The translations under genes were made by a program, and so were the position numbers. From a bacterium (GTDB lineage: Bacteria; Hydrothermota; Hydrothermia; UBA1063), in NCBI GenBank assembly GCA_030019025.1, contig JASEFR010000010.1:1-56067 (forward strand): a DNA stretch of 56,067 nucleotides, given 5' to 3'. Below the pieces are notes generated by a model. The model was not told where the DNA came from and searched no databases. It saw nothing but the letters and a program-made list of their open reading frames with translations. Numbering within the stretch: position 1 is the stretch's first letter; every line of letters starts with the position of its first letter. This document shows positions 27,959 through 36,730 of this stretch, one piece after another.

Positions 27959-28795
27959 ATGCTTTTTAAGAAAAGGAAAGAATTAGAGCCCGCTAAGAAA
28001 GAAGTCCCTGAAGGTCTTTTTGTGAAATGCGAAAAGTGCGACGAAATGCTCTATAAAACTGTCCTGGAAAAGAACTTTCTCGTTTGCCCAAAATGCGGTC
28101 ATCATTTCAGAGCGAATGTGGAAATCTATAAAAAACTACTCCTTGACAATGGCGAATTTGAAGAACCCATAGCTTCTCACCTTGAAAGCGATGATCCCCT
28201 AAACTTCCCCGATTATAAAAACAAATTGGAACAGGCCAAGAAAAATACAGGCCTTAAAGAGGCTGCCGTTGCCGGGATAGGTAAAATTAACGGGAAAAAA
28301 GTGGTAATTTTTTTGACAGATTTCCGGTTTCTCGGTGGTAGCATGGGGTCCGTCTATGGTGAGATTTTTTACAGAGCTTGCGAAGTAGCCAGGGAAAAGA
28401 AAATCCCTCTTATCTCCGTGACCTCCTCCGGCGGAGGGGCGAGGATGCATGAAGGCATCTTTTCTTTGATGCAAATGGTAAAAACCACCCTCGGAGTTGA
28501 GATGCTAAATGAAGCAAGGATACCATTTATTTCCGTCGTCTGCGACCCTACTATGGGTGGTGTCATGGCCTCCTTTGCCTCCCTTGGTGACCTAAACATA
28601 GCAGAGCCTGGGGCCCTTCTGGGTTTTGCCGGACCTCGTGTTATTGAGCAAACTATAAAACAAACCCTTCCACCAGGTTTCCAGAGAAGCGAGTTTCTTT
28701 TAGAGAAAGGTTTCCTTGATATGGTTGTGCCAAGAAAGGAATTAAAAGAAACTCTTTCCAAAATATTATCCTATCTGGGGGTTAAAAATGGCTGA
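27959..28795 (+). CDS. accD: Acetyl-CoA carboxylase carboxyltransferase beta subunit
   Basis: 278 aa with the N-terminal zinc ribbon CEKC...CPKC and the carboxyltransferase core GGSMG..GGARMHEG. Confidence 0.9.
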   Translation: MLFKKRKELEPAKKEVPEGLFVKCEKCDEMLYKTVLEKNFLVCPKCGHHFRANVEIYKKLLLDNGEFEEPIASHLESDDPLNFPDYKNKLEQAKKNTGLKEAAVAGIGKINGKKVVIFLTDFRFLGGSMGSVYGEIFYRACEVAREKKIPLISVTSSGGGARMHEGIFSLMQMVKTTLGVEMLNEARIPFISVVCDPTMGGVMASFASLGDLNIAEPGALLGFAGPRVIEQTIKQTLPPGFQRSEFLLEKGFLDMVVPRKELKETLSKILSYLGVKNG

Positions 28796-29870
28796 GGTTA
28801 GACTCGTAAATGTCTCAAAGATCTTTCCCCGGGGAAACGTAGGGGTTAAAAACGTTACCTTTGAAGTTGCAGATGGTGAATTTTGCGTTATTCTTGGTCC
28901 TTCAGGTTGTGGAAAGACCACAACACTCAGGCTAATTGCGGGACTTGAATATCCCACTAACGGTGAAATCTACATCGGAGACAGGCTCGTGAACAATGTA
29001 GAACCAAAAGACAGAGAAATTGCGATGGTTTTTCAAAATTACGCCCTCTACCCCCACATGACCGTTTACGAAAACATGGCCTTCGGTTTGAAAATGAGAA
29101 AAGTACCAAAGGAAGAGATACACAAAAGAATACTGGAGGCTGCTGAATTGCTGGATATAAAGAATCTTCTTGACCGCAAACCAAGGGAACTTTCCGGGGG
29201 CCAAAGACAGAGGGTTGCGGTAGGAAGGGTTATAGTGAGACATCCTAAAGTATTTCTCTTCGATGAACCACTCTCAAACCTTGATGCCAAAATGAGAGTA
29301 AAGATGAGAGCAGAACTCAAGAAAATACATGAACAGCTTAAGACCACAACAATTTACGTAACCCATGACCAGGTTGAAGCTATGACCTTAGGGCAGAAAA
29401 TAGTTTTAATGAAAGATGGTGAAATTCAGCAAATCGGCGATCCCATGACCCTTTATGAGCACCCAGTAAATAGGTTTGTTGCTGGATTTATCGGGTCTCC
29501 TCCTATGAATTTCATTGAGGGAGAACTCATTGAAGAAAGCGGAAAAATCGTGTTTTATTCCCCCATAGGGAAGTACTCCTTACCGGAAAACATCGCACTT
29601 AAATTGAAAGACAAAGAGGGAAGAAAAGCAGTATTAGGGGTAAGGCCCGAGGATATAATCCTGAACCAAGGAGATTTTAGAGCTCTGATTGAATTCTACG
29701 AACTTCTTGGAAACGAGACCATCGTGTACTTAAGAAGTGAAGAACAACCTTTAATAGCAAGAGCCCATGCATCTTATGTCCCAAAAACCGGAGAATACAT
29801 TACCTTTACCTTTTCTGGAAAGATCCATCTTTTTGACAAAGAGACGGAGGAAAGCTTATTAAAGCCATAA
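28788..29870 (+). CDS. Sugar-type ABC transporter ATPase (MalK/UgpC/MsmX family); orphan, with no adjacent permease or binding protein
   Basis: 360 aa with GPSGCGKTT, LSGGQRQRVA and FLFDEPLSNLD, plus a C-terminal regulatory (TOBE-like) domain. Confidence 0.9.
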   Translation: MAEVRLVNVSKIFPRGNVGVKNVTFEVADGEFCVILGPSGCGKTTTLRLIAGLEYPTNGEIYIGDRLVNNVEPKDREIAMVFQNYALYPHMTVYENMAFGLKMRKVPKEEIHKRILEAAELLDIKNLLDRKPRELSGGQRQRVAVGRVIVRHPKVFLFDEPLSNLDAKMRVKMRAELKKIHEQLKTTTIYVTHDQVEAMTLGQKIVLMKDGEIQQIGDPMTLYEHPVNRFVAGFIGSPPMNFIEGELIEESGKIVFYSPIGKYSLPENIALKLKDKEGRKAVLGVRPEDIILNQGDFRALIEFYELLGNETIVYLRSEEQPLIARAHASYVPKTGEYITFTFSGKIHLFDKETEESLLKP

Positions 29871-31033
29871 ACATCATTAAGCGCTTCTTTGAGAAAATTC
29901 AAGAAGACGAGCTTTTTAGTAAAGCCTCATCACTCTCCTATATGACCGTTTTCGCTTCGGTTCCAGCCATTTCTTTGATTTTTTTTCTCTTTGCGAGATT
30001 TGCTGTTTTTTCAGACCTTTACATTAAATTCAAAAACTTTCTTTTCACCTATTTCATCCCCCAAAGTGGTATAGCTTTTGAAAAAAAGCTCGACGAACTT
30101 ATCAAAAACATTGGTTCACTTGAAATCTTCGGCGTTCTTGCTCTTATAATAACCACCATCCTTGTCGTTGATTCAATAGAGGGAAACATAAATAGAATAT
30201 GGGGAATCAAAAAAAAGAGGCCCCTACTTATAAAAATGGCCTCCTACTGGGCTTTTATCAGCCTTGTTCCCATTCTCATTGGTCTTTCGCTCTACATTTC
30301 AACACGTTTTGCCTCCTTCGGTTTTCTAAAAGTACTGGGGGAATCTCTCATATTCAGATCAGTTCAGTATATTCTATTGCCCTTCTTTATAACAGTTATT
30401 GCCTTCTGGATTATTTACTTTTTCTTACCCAACGCAGAGGTTAATCCCCTTGCCGCTTTAGGCGGAGCAGCTTTCGGTGCCTTCTTGTGGGAGATAGCAA
30501 AATACGCTTTTGACGCTTACGTTATCTACTTTTCCACCATACCCAAATTTTATGGAACTCTTGGAAACATACTGGTCTTCATCTTTTGGATTTACCTTTC
30601 TTGGCTTTTTTTACTCCTCGGAGCGGAAGTTGCCGTTTTCTTAGAAGGGGACCCGGGGGCTAAAGTTACTCCTTCTTTGCTCCTTGTCGCAGTGTTATTA
30701 ACCTATAAAAAGTTTGAAAATGGAGAGCCAATAACGCTAAAGGACCTCATAAACCACCTAAAGTTAAACCTTGCAAAGAGCAGGTTTGTCTTCAGAACCC
30801 TGGAAGCCTATAACCTCGTTGTGGAGATAAAAAAAGGCCATTTTGTACCAGTAAAACACCCCGAGAAAATGCTCATAAAAGACTTAACAAAGACTATTGG
30901 CGTCTTAAACTTTGATTCAAACGGCCTCTTAAAAACTGAAATTAAAGCCATTGAATTCATTCAACAAAAAATAGAATTGGGGATAGAAAATCTGACCATA
31001 AAGGAGGTATTGCCATTAGTACAGGAATTATAA
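29858..31033 (+). CDS. YihY/BrkB-family membrane protein with a C-terminal winged-helix-like extension; probable ATT start
   Basis: The family-conserved N-terminal segment IKRFFEKIQEDELFSKASSLSY lies upstream of the first ATG (29942). It is in a frame with no ATG, GTG or TTG. GGAGG (29846-29850) is followed after 7 nt by ATT 29858. Confidence 0.7.
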   Translation: MKAINIIKRFFEKIQEDELFSKASSLSYMTVFASVPAISLIFFLFARFAVFSDLYIKFKNFLFTYFIPQSGIAFEKKLDELIKNIGSLEIFGVLALIITTILVVDSIEGNINRIWGIKKKRPLLIKMASYWAFISLVPILIGLSLYISTRFASFGFLKVLGESLIFRSVQYILLPFFITVIAFWIIYFFLPNAEVNPLAALGGAAFGAFLWEIAKYAFDAYVIYFSTIPKFYGTLGNILVFIFWIYLSWLFLLLGAEVAVFLEGDPGAKVTPSLLLVAVLLTYKKFENGEPITLKDLINHLKLNLAKSRFVFRTLEAYNLVVEIKKGHFVPVKHPEKMLIKDLTKTIGVLNFDSNGLLKTEIKAIEFIQQKIELGIENLTIKEVLPLVQEL

Positions 31034-31701
31034 TAGCATTAAATACAGCCTCAATGGAAGAAGCATTAAAGTGGGTGGATATAATTGGCATTGAACACGA
31101 TTTTTACAAGGTCGGCCTTCCCTTGTATTTAAAGTATGGTAAAAAAATCATCGAGGAACTGAGGAAAAGGCACAAGAGAATCTTCCTCGACCTCAAGCTT
31201 CACGACATCCCTTCAGTAGTAGCTCGAAGTCTTGAACCTTTTGAAAGAGGGGAAGTGGAAATAGTCACCGTTCATATCTCCGGTGGTTCAGAAATGCTAA
31301 AAAGAGCTAGAGAAGAAGCCCACAAACGAGGTATTGCCCTGGCAGGTGTTTCCGTTTTGACCAGCCTTTCAAGGCTCGAGATCCAGCGACTCTTCGCATA
31401 TCCATGTGAAATAGAAAGAATCGTTGAAAGTATGCTAAATGTCGCTTGCGAATGCGAAATTGACTACGCGGTGCTCTCCGGAATCGAGGTTTCAAAACTG
31501 GGCTACAAATTCCAAGGTAAAATCGGATTTATCGTACCCGGAGTCAGAATGGAGGAGGAAGAGGTTGACGACCAAGCAAGGGTTATAACACCACAGGAGG
31601 CAAAAACACTGGGTATTAACTACATCGTCGTTGGAAGGCCTATCACTCACAGCTCCAATCCTATTGAAGCTTTGAAGAAATACAAAAGAGCATTATCGTG
31701 A
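31015..31701 (+). CDS. pyrF: Orotidine-5-prime-phosphate decarboxylase; probable ATT start
   Basis: Contains the DLKLHDIP motif. The conserved N-terminal strand GIIIALNTAS lies upstream of the first ATG (31054), and there is no ATG, GTG or TTG in frame back to the stop at 30952. GGAGG (31003-31007) is followed after 7 nt by ATT 31015. Confidence 0.75.
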   Translation: MSTGIIIALNTASMEEALKWVDIIGIEHDFYKVGLPLYLKYGKKIIEELRKRHKRIFLDLKLHDIPSVVARSLEPFERGEVEIVTVHISGGSEMLKRAREEAHKRGIALAGVSVLTSLSRLEIQRLFAYPCEIERIVESMLNVACECEIDYAVLSGIEVSKLGYKFQGKIGFIVPGVRMEEEEVDDQARVITPQEAKTLGINYIVVGRPITHSSNPIEALKKYKRALS

Positions 31702-31702
31702 G

Positions 31703-32809
31703 ATGTTCTTTATTTTAAGCCTAATATCTTATTTTGTACCACTAACCACAGAGGATTTTCTAAAACCTGAACTTCAAAGACCCATCAATGACAGAATTTA
31801 TATACAGGAAATCCCGTTCTTGCCCAACTGTAACCTGCGGTTTTGGAATTGTGAAGAGTTCGAAAAACGAAGCGGAAAAATTGATTTTATATTCATCAAA
31901 GACTCTTTGAGGTCCCCCGAAGTACTCCTTTATTCGCTCAGAGGTGAGAGGTTTTCCGAAGTCGGAGGATTTCTTAAAACTCCCATTGAAAAAATCGAAT
32001 ACCAGTCAGTGATTCTTTACTCAAATCTTAAGATTGTAGATTCCAGCACTTCCTTTTTACTGCTTGCTTTCAAACACACCGGCAAAGTTAATTTTAACAT
32101 TTCTTACGCACAAATAGAAGGCAAAAACGGTTATGCGCTTTCCTCTTCTTACAGGAATCTTTTCGCTTTTTATAGGCAAGGCGAATTTAACGAAGCAGGA
32201 CTGGGCTTCATAGTAGGAAATCTATCAGCATATTACAAAATCGATGGAAAAATCCACAATGCAATATTTCACTATAAGGGAATTTCGCTTGGCCTAAGCT
32301 ATTGCGAGAAGTTATACCCATACCTTGACGTTAAGCATACTTTAAATTTCCTGACCCTAAGAATTGGCTATACTGCTAATAACTTCTACAACAGGCTCGA
32401 AAATCCAATTTATGGGTCGATAAAATTGGAGAAGAACGGATATTTTGCCAGCATTGACGCAAAAATCGGGAAAGAAGGGATTTACTACTTGGAAAATGGC
32501 GAGTTGAGAGGTGGGCCATACATCGCAGGAATTTCCGGTGGCATTCAAAAAGAATACCTTCAATTATCTTTTAACTACTTTATGCCGAGCCAAGGTAAAT
32601 TGGCCCTCCGAGTTTCGCCCGCTTTTGAATTCAAAAAAGGAGAAATCGCATTAGAACCCGCAGCGACAATCTTCTACGACCACAGATCTAAGATTTTGCA
32701 AGGAAAAATCGGGCTTTCACTGTTTCTCTTCAAGGCAATAGAAGCAAGATTTTCCTATGATCTTTTGAAGGGCGCTGTTTTCGGTATTGGTGTCAACCTT
32801 TTTGACTAA
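31703..32809 (+). CDS. Hypothetical beta-rich (outer-membrane?) protein
   Basis: 368 aa with a hydrophobic N-terminus, alternating aromatic beta-strand pattern and a C-terminal F-x-x motif. Confidence 0.35.
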   Translation: MFFILSLISYFVPLTTEDFLKPELQRPINDRIYIQEIPFLPNCNLRFWNCEEFEKRSGKIDFIFIKDSLRSPEVLLYSLRGERFSEVGGFLKTPIEKIEYQSVILYSNLKIVDSSTSFLLLAFKHTGKVNFNISYAQIEGKNGYALSSSYRNLFAFYRQGEFNEAGLGFIVGNLSAYYKIDGKIHNAIFHYKGISLGLSYCEKLYPYLDVKHTLNFLTLRIGYTANNFYNRLENPIYGSIKLEKNGYFASIDAKIGKEGIYYLENGELRGGPYIAGISGGIQKEYLQLSFNYFMPSQGKLALRVSPAFEFKKGEIALEPAATIFYDHRSKILQGKIGLSLFLFKAIEARFSYDLLKGAVFGIGVNLFD

Positions 32810-33818
32810 AATTATAAGGTGGATAAAAGACTCCCTCTTCGGTAATTATTGCAGTAATAAGACTCCACGGGGTCACATCAAAAGCATAATTTAAAACATC
32901 CACTTCCTCAGGAGCAATCTGCTTCTCACCAACAAAAACTACCTCCCTCTTGTTTCTCTCTTCTATATCGATTTCTTCACCACTTCCAATGGCAAGATCA
33001 ATAGAACTGGTAGGCGCGGCTACATAAAAAGGAATTCCATGCTCCTTTGCAAGAATTGCAAGCATATAGGTGCCAATTTTATTCGCAGTATCTCCATTTC
33101 TCGCGATTCTGTCAGCACCGACAAAAATTGCGTCGATCTTTTCTTTTTTCATCACGAAAGCAGCCGAATTATCCGTTATAAGAACGGGGCTGATTCCATT
33201 CTCAAGAAGTTCCCAGGTGGTCAACCTTGCACCCTGAAGGACAGGCCGAGTTTCAAGCACAAAAACCTTCTCAATCTTTCCCTGCTCATAGCCTTTATAT
33301 ATTATGCCAAGAGCGGTTCCTATGTGGTTAGTTGCAAGATAACCTGTATTGCATATAGTCATAACCTTAGCCTTTTCAGGAAGTAGAGAAACTCCAAACT
33401 GAGCCATTTTCTCACAACGTTCAGCTTCTTCTTTTTCTATCTTCACTGCTTCTTTCATTAATAGATCCTCGAGGGATGATTTGTCCTTTACTTCAGGGTT
33501 TTTGATTATTCTCTCGATCCTCTCCAGCGAATGAAACAAATTAACAGCGGTGGGTCTTGTTTTTCGCAGTTCATTTACACTACTTAAACCTATCTCCCTG
33601 ATCCTTTCCATTTCTTCAATATCAAGGCTTCTTATCACCTGCACAATAGCATAGGCGGCAAAAATGCCAATAAGGGGGGCACCGCGCACCTTCAAATTAA
33701 CAATGGCATCAATGGCATCTTGCAGGGTATAAACATACTCAAAACGGACGATTTCGGGCAGTCTCGTCTGATCTAATACTTTTATGGTGTCCCTGAAACA
33801 CTCAACTGGTTTAATCAT
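32793..33818 (-). CDS. mtnA: S-methyl-5-thioribose-1-phosphate isomerase (eIF-2B alpha/beta/delta family)
   Basis: 341 aa with family-wide similarity, including VRGAPLIG, CNTG and GADRIARNGDTANKIGT. Confidence 0.85.
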   Translation of the reverse strand: MIKPVECFRDTIKVLDQTRLPEIVRFEYVYTLQDAIDAIVNLKVRGAPLIGIFAAYAIVQVIRSLDIEEMERIREIGLSSVNELRKTRPTAVNLFHSLERIERIIKNPEVKDKSSLEDLLMKEAVKIEKEEAERCEKMAQFGVSLLPEKAKVMTICNTGYLATNHIGTALGIIYKGYEQGKIEKVFVLETRPVLQGARLTTWELLENGISPVLITDNSAAFVMKKEKIDAIFVGADRIARNGDTANKIGTYMLAILAKEHGIPFYVAAPTSSIDLAIGSGEEIDIEERNKREVVFVGEKQIAPEEVDVLNYAFDVTPWSLITAIITEEGVFYPPYNFSQKG

Positions 33819-34633
33819 CGCCTCACCACATCAATTCTTCTTCCAGAAACATCACAATAAAGATTGAAGTCCACGGGGTATCCTTGCCCCTCCAAATCTC
33901 CGTGGAAATCTGTTCCACCCGTAATCAAAAGGCCATTCTTAAAGGCAATCTCTTTCAATTTATCTTCCAGATAACATGGATTTTTAGGGTGAAAGACCTC
34001 TATCCCATCAATTTCTTTCAAAATTGAGATGTCAATAACCTCATCCATACGATTTATGATCCCCGGATGGGCCAGGATAGCAATGCCACCACTTTTGTGA
34101 ATAATATCTATGGCTTCTTCCACAGAGATCTTGAACTTCTTTACATAAGCCGGTCCTGAATCTCCAATGTACTTTTCAAAAGCTTCCTCTATACTCGATA
34201 CAAAACCCCTTTCCAGCAATTCCCTTGCGATGTGAGGTCTTCCTATCGCTTTATTTTCCTCAAACTTTGAAATATCGGGGTTAATCTCAATACCCAGACC
34301 TTTCAATTTTTCTACCATTTTCCAAAATCTTTCTTTTCTTGCCTTTCTAAAAGTCTCAAGATAACTAATCAGATATTCTGAGTTGAGATCTATGAAATAG
34401 CCTAAAACGTGAACCTCTTCCCCTTTATACTCCGCTGAAAGCTCAACTCCAGGTATAAGCTCTATATTTAATTTAAGGGCCTCCTCCTGAGCCTCCGCTA
34501 ATGCCTCCACCGAATCGTGATCAGTAATGGAGAAAATCTTAATTCCTTTTGAGTAAAGCAAATATACCAGTTCCCTAGGTGAATAGAGCCCGTCAGATTT
34601 CGTAGTATGTGTATGGAGATCGCATCTATGCAT
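33815..34633 (-). CDS. PHP-domain phosphoesterase (TrpH/YciV-like)
   Basis: 272 aa with CDLHTHTTKSDG and C-terminal GGTDFHG. TAAACT lies 6 nt before the ATG. Confidence 0.8.
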   Translation of the reverse strand: MHRCDLHTHTTKSDGLYSPRELVYLLYSKGIKIFSITDHDSVEALAEAQEEALKLNIELIPGVELSAEYKGEEVHVLGYFIDLNSEYLISYLETFRKARKERFWKMVEKLKGLGIEINPDISKFEENKAIGRPHIARELLERGFVSSIEEAFEKYIGDSGPAYVKKFKISVEEAIDIIHKSGGIAILAHPGIINRMDEVIDISILKEIDGIEVFHPKNPCYLEDKLKEIAFKNGLLITGGTDFHGDLEGQGYPVDFNLYCDVSGRRIDVVRR

Positions 34634-34681
34634 AATCTCAGTTTAAAGGAAAAAGTGCGAATTTTAAAGGGATTTAAGAGC

Positions 34682-34710
34682 TTGAAAGTTTACAAAACCA
34701 ATATTAAATA
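34682..34710 (+). promoter_or_regulatory. Candidate promoter for cysE-cysK
   Basis: TTGAAA, 17-nt spacer, TAAATA. Confidence 0.4.
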
Positions 34711-34788
34711 ACTTTCTCGCCATTAAACTAAGAGCTTTATATGTACGGTGCCCACTCCTTCACATAGTAAAATGTGTAAAGGTGTGGC

Positions 34789-35568
34789 ATGCGTCTTGGA
34801 ATAATATTTAATGTAGATTTTTATGAGCTTATTAAAAAATTGAAAATCCACGAGAGGAGGCCTAAAATTATTACATTCAAATTAAAGGAGAGTATAAATG
34901 GGGTGCGGTTGTGTAGGCAACTTCTTATTCTGGGAAAACAATATAGTGAGGTTCGCCTCGCCATCAAAAAAGACAAAGAAGCTCTAAAACGATTAGATCC
35001 AGCTTTTGAAACCCCTTACCAGTACCTGTTTCACGCAGGTTTTCAGTCCCTTAAACTTTACAGGTATTCTCATATGCTTTATGAAACGGGGTTCAAGCTT
35101 ATTGCCTTCGCTATATATCACCTTGCCAGAATATTATACGGCGTTGACATACATCCAGCTGCTGTTATAAAACCAGGGGTTGTGATAGACCACGGGGTTG
35201 GTTTGGTCATTGGCTCAACGGCAGTAGTAGGAAGTGGCACTGTACTATATCACGGCGTTACCCTCGGTTCAAAAAATCTCTCAACGGGCAAGCGACATCC
35301 TACCCTCGGCAGAAACGTCTTTGTGGGAGCCGGTGCGAAAATACTCGGGCCTGTTAAAATAGGCGATGGAGCCAAAATTGGGGCAAATAGTGTGGTCCTT
35401 AACGATGTTCCAGAAAATGCTACGGCAGTAGGGATTCCAGCTAAGATCATTATAAAAACTACTCCCAATTCAAAAAATAGTGACGACTTAGATCACCTTT
35501 GTGAAGACGAGGAAAGCCACTGTTTATGTCTAAACACAAGTCATTGGATAGCACAAGAGGTGAAATAA
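34789..35568 (+). CDS. cysE: Serine O-acetyltransferase (start uncertain)
   Basis: Contains DPA...GVDIHPAAVI and hexapeptide repeats. About 50 N-terminal residues of the ORF have no counterpart in short CysE forms, so the true start may be GTG or TTG near 34900. Confidence 0.8.
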   Translation: MRLGIIFNVDFYELIKKLKIHERRPKIITFKLKESINGVRLCRQLLILGKQYSEVRLAIKKDKEALKRLDPAFETPYQYLFHAGFQSLKLYRYSHMLYETGFKLIAFAIYHLARILYGVDIHPAAVIKPGVVIDHGVGLVIGSTAVVGSGTVLYHGVTLGSKNLSTGKRHPTLGRNVFVGAGAKILGPVKIGDGAKIGANSVVLNDVPENATAVGIPAKIIIKTTPNSKNSDDLDHLCEDEESHCLCLNTSHWIAQEVK

Positions 35569-36471
35569 ATGGCGAAAAAGCAAAGCGATCTTCTGTCAAC
35601 CTTGTCTTTCATAAAAATCGGTGATACACCATTAGTTTATCTGCAAAAATACGAAATATTCGTAAAACTTGAAAGATCCAATCCTACGGGTAGTATAAAA
35701 GATAGAGCCGCTTACTTCATGCTATTTCAAGCAATCAAAGAAGGCAAAATAACGCGACATACCACTATCGTGGAACCTACCAGCGGAAATACGGGAATAT
35801 CCTTAGCCTGGCTGGCAACTCAATTGGGTCTAAAGGCAATCTTAACAATGCCAAAAGCAGCATCTATCGAAAGAATCAAGCTCTTACAAGGTCTGGGAGC
35901 AAGAGTAATATTAACTGATACCATTGAAGAAGCCGTAGAAAAAGCCAAAGCTATTTCCGAAAATAAGGATTTTTTTATGCCAAACCAGTTTGAAAACGAA
36001 AGGAATGTACTTGCTCACTTTTCTACAACAGGGCCTGAAATCCTAAAACAAATGGACTATCAACTTGATGCTTTTGTAGCTGGTGTAGGATCCGGAGGAA
36101 CAATAACGGGTGTTGGGAAGTTCCTAAAAGAATTTAACCCGACCATAAAAATCATAGCGGTTGAGCCAAAACAATCCGCAATTTTAAGTGGTGGTTCCCC
36201 TGGTAAACACAAAATTCAGGGAATAGGTGCGGGCTTTAAGCCTAAAATACTTGATTTAAAGCTGATTGATGAAATAATCCAAATCGATGACAGCGAAGCA
36301 CTGGGTTGGACGGTCAAATTGTGGAAAGAAGGAATATTTGCAGGAATATCCTCCTCAGCCAATCTCTTGGCATCCTTGAAGATCAAAGAGAAGTACAAAT
36401 TTAAAAGAATTGTTACCGTTTTTCCAGATGATGGGTATAAATACCTTTCGCAGATTCTGGGCAATTCTTAA
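35569..36471 (+). CDS. cysK: Cysteine synthase A (O-acetylserine sulfhydrylase)
   Basis: 300 aa with the PLP lysine motif SNPTGSIKDRAA and GSGGTITG. Confidence 0.9.
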   Translation: MAKKQSDLLSTLSFIKIGDTPLVYLQKYEIFVKLERSNPTGSIKDRAAYFMLFQAIKEGKITRHTTIVEPTSGNTGISLAWLATQLGLKAILTMPKAASIERIKLLQGLGARVILTDTIEEAVEKAKAISENKDFFMPNQFENERNVLAHFSTTGPEILKQMDYQLDAFVAGVGSGGTITGVGKFLKEFNPTIKIIAVEPKQSAILSGGSPGKHKIQGIGAGFKPKILDLKLIDEIIQIDDSEALGWTVKLWKEGIFAGISSSANLLASLKIKEKYKFKRIVTVFPDDGYKYLSQILGNS

Positions 36472-36530
36472 CGAGTCCATGCACTAACTTACATTTTAAA
36501 GAAGGTAAAACACAGCTTTATACTGCCTTC

Positions 36531-36559
36531 TTGACTTTCCATGCGCGGCTTAATATAAT
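36531..36559 (+). promoter_or_regulatory. Near-consensus sigma70 promoter
   Basis: TTGACT, 17-nt spacer, TATAAT. The -10 box ends 7 nt before ATG 36567. Confidence 0.6.
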
Positions 36560-36566
36560 ATCATCA

Positions 36567-36665
36567 ATGGTAATGTGTGGTTTGTTATTTGTGTTTACAT
36601 CGAATATTCTACTTATTAATTATTTCGCACTTAATTTCAACAATAATAACGTCCCCCGCTCATAA
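36567..36665 (+). CDS. Asn-rich leader peptide (32 aa): MVMCGLLFVFTSNILLINYFALNFNNNNVPRS
   Basis: Hand translation. 7 of 32 codons are Asn, and 5 of the 6 codons at 36633..36650 are Asn. The stop TAA (36663-36665) lies in the loop of the following hairpin. No SD is present, so initiation would be leaderless. Confidence 0.5.
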   Translation: MVMCGLLFVFTSNILLINYFALNFNNNNVPRS

Positions 36666-36673
36666 GGGGGACG
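36650..36673 (+). promoter_or_regulatory. GC-rich hairpin overlapping the end of the leader ORF (attenuator element candidate)
   Basis: CGTCCCCC (36650-36657) pairs with GGGGGACG (36666-36673) around an 8-nt loop, GCTCATAA. A second C-run (CCCCGC, 36693-36698) and a weak AGAAC/GTTCT hairpin followed by TTTGATT lie downstream, before the SD at 36719. Confidence 0.5.
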
Positions 36674-36730
36674 GCATACTAAATCAATAGAACCCCGCTT
36701 GTTCTTTGATTCCCAAAAGGAGGTAAAACT

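Noticed and set aside
28199-29347. Minus-strand ORFs inside accD and the sugar ABC ATPase (28199..28474, 28369..28761, 28766..28957, 28932..29243, 28957..29184, 29066..29347)
   Set aside because: These are shadow ORFs opposite strongly conserved plus-strand genes.
34898-34987. Small ORF MGCGCVGNFLFWENNIVRFASPSKKTKKL with a well-spaced AGGAG, upstream or inside the cysE 5-prime region; tempting as a Cys-codon leader peptide by analogy with the Asn leader
   Set aside because: It overlaps, out of frame, the part of the cysE ORF that already encodes the conserved pre-DPA helix. No hairpin or terminator follows it. Two Cys codons are too few to argue for attenuation. The CGC resemblance to the RiPP core is probably coincidental.
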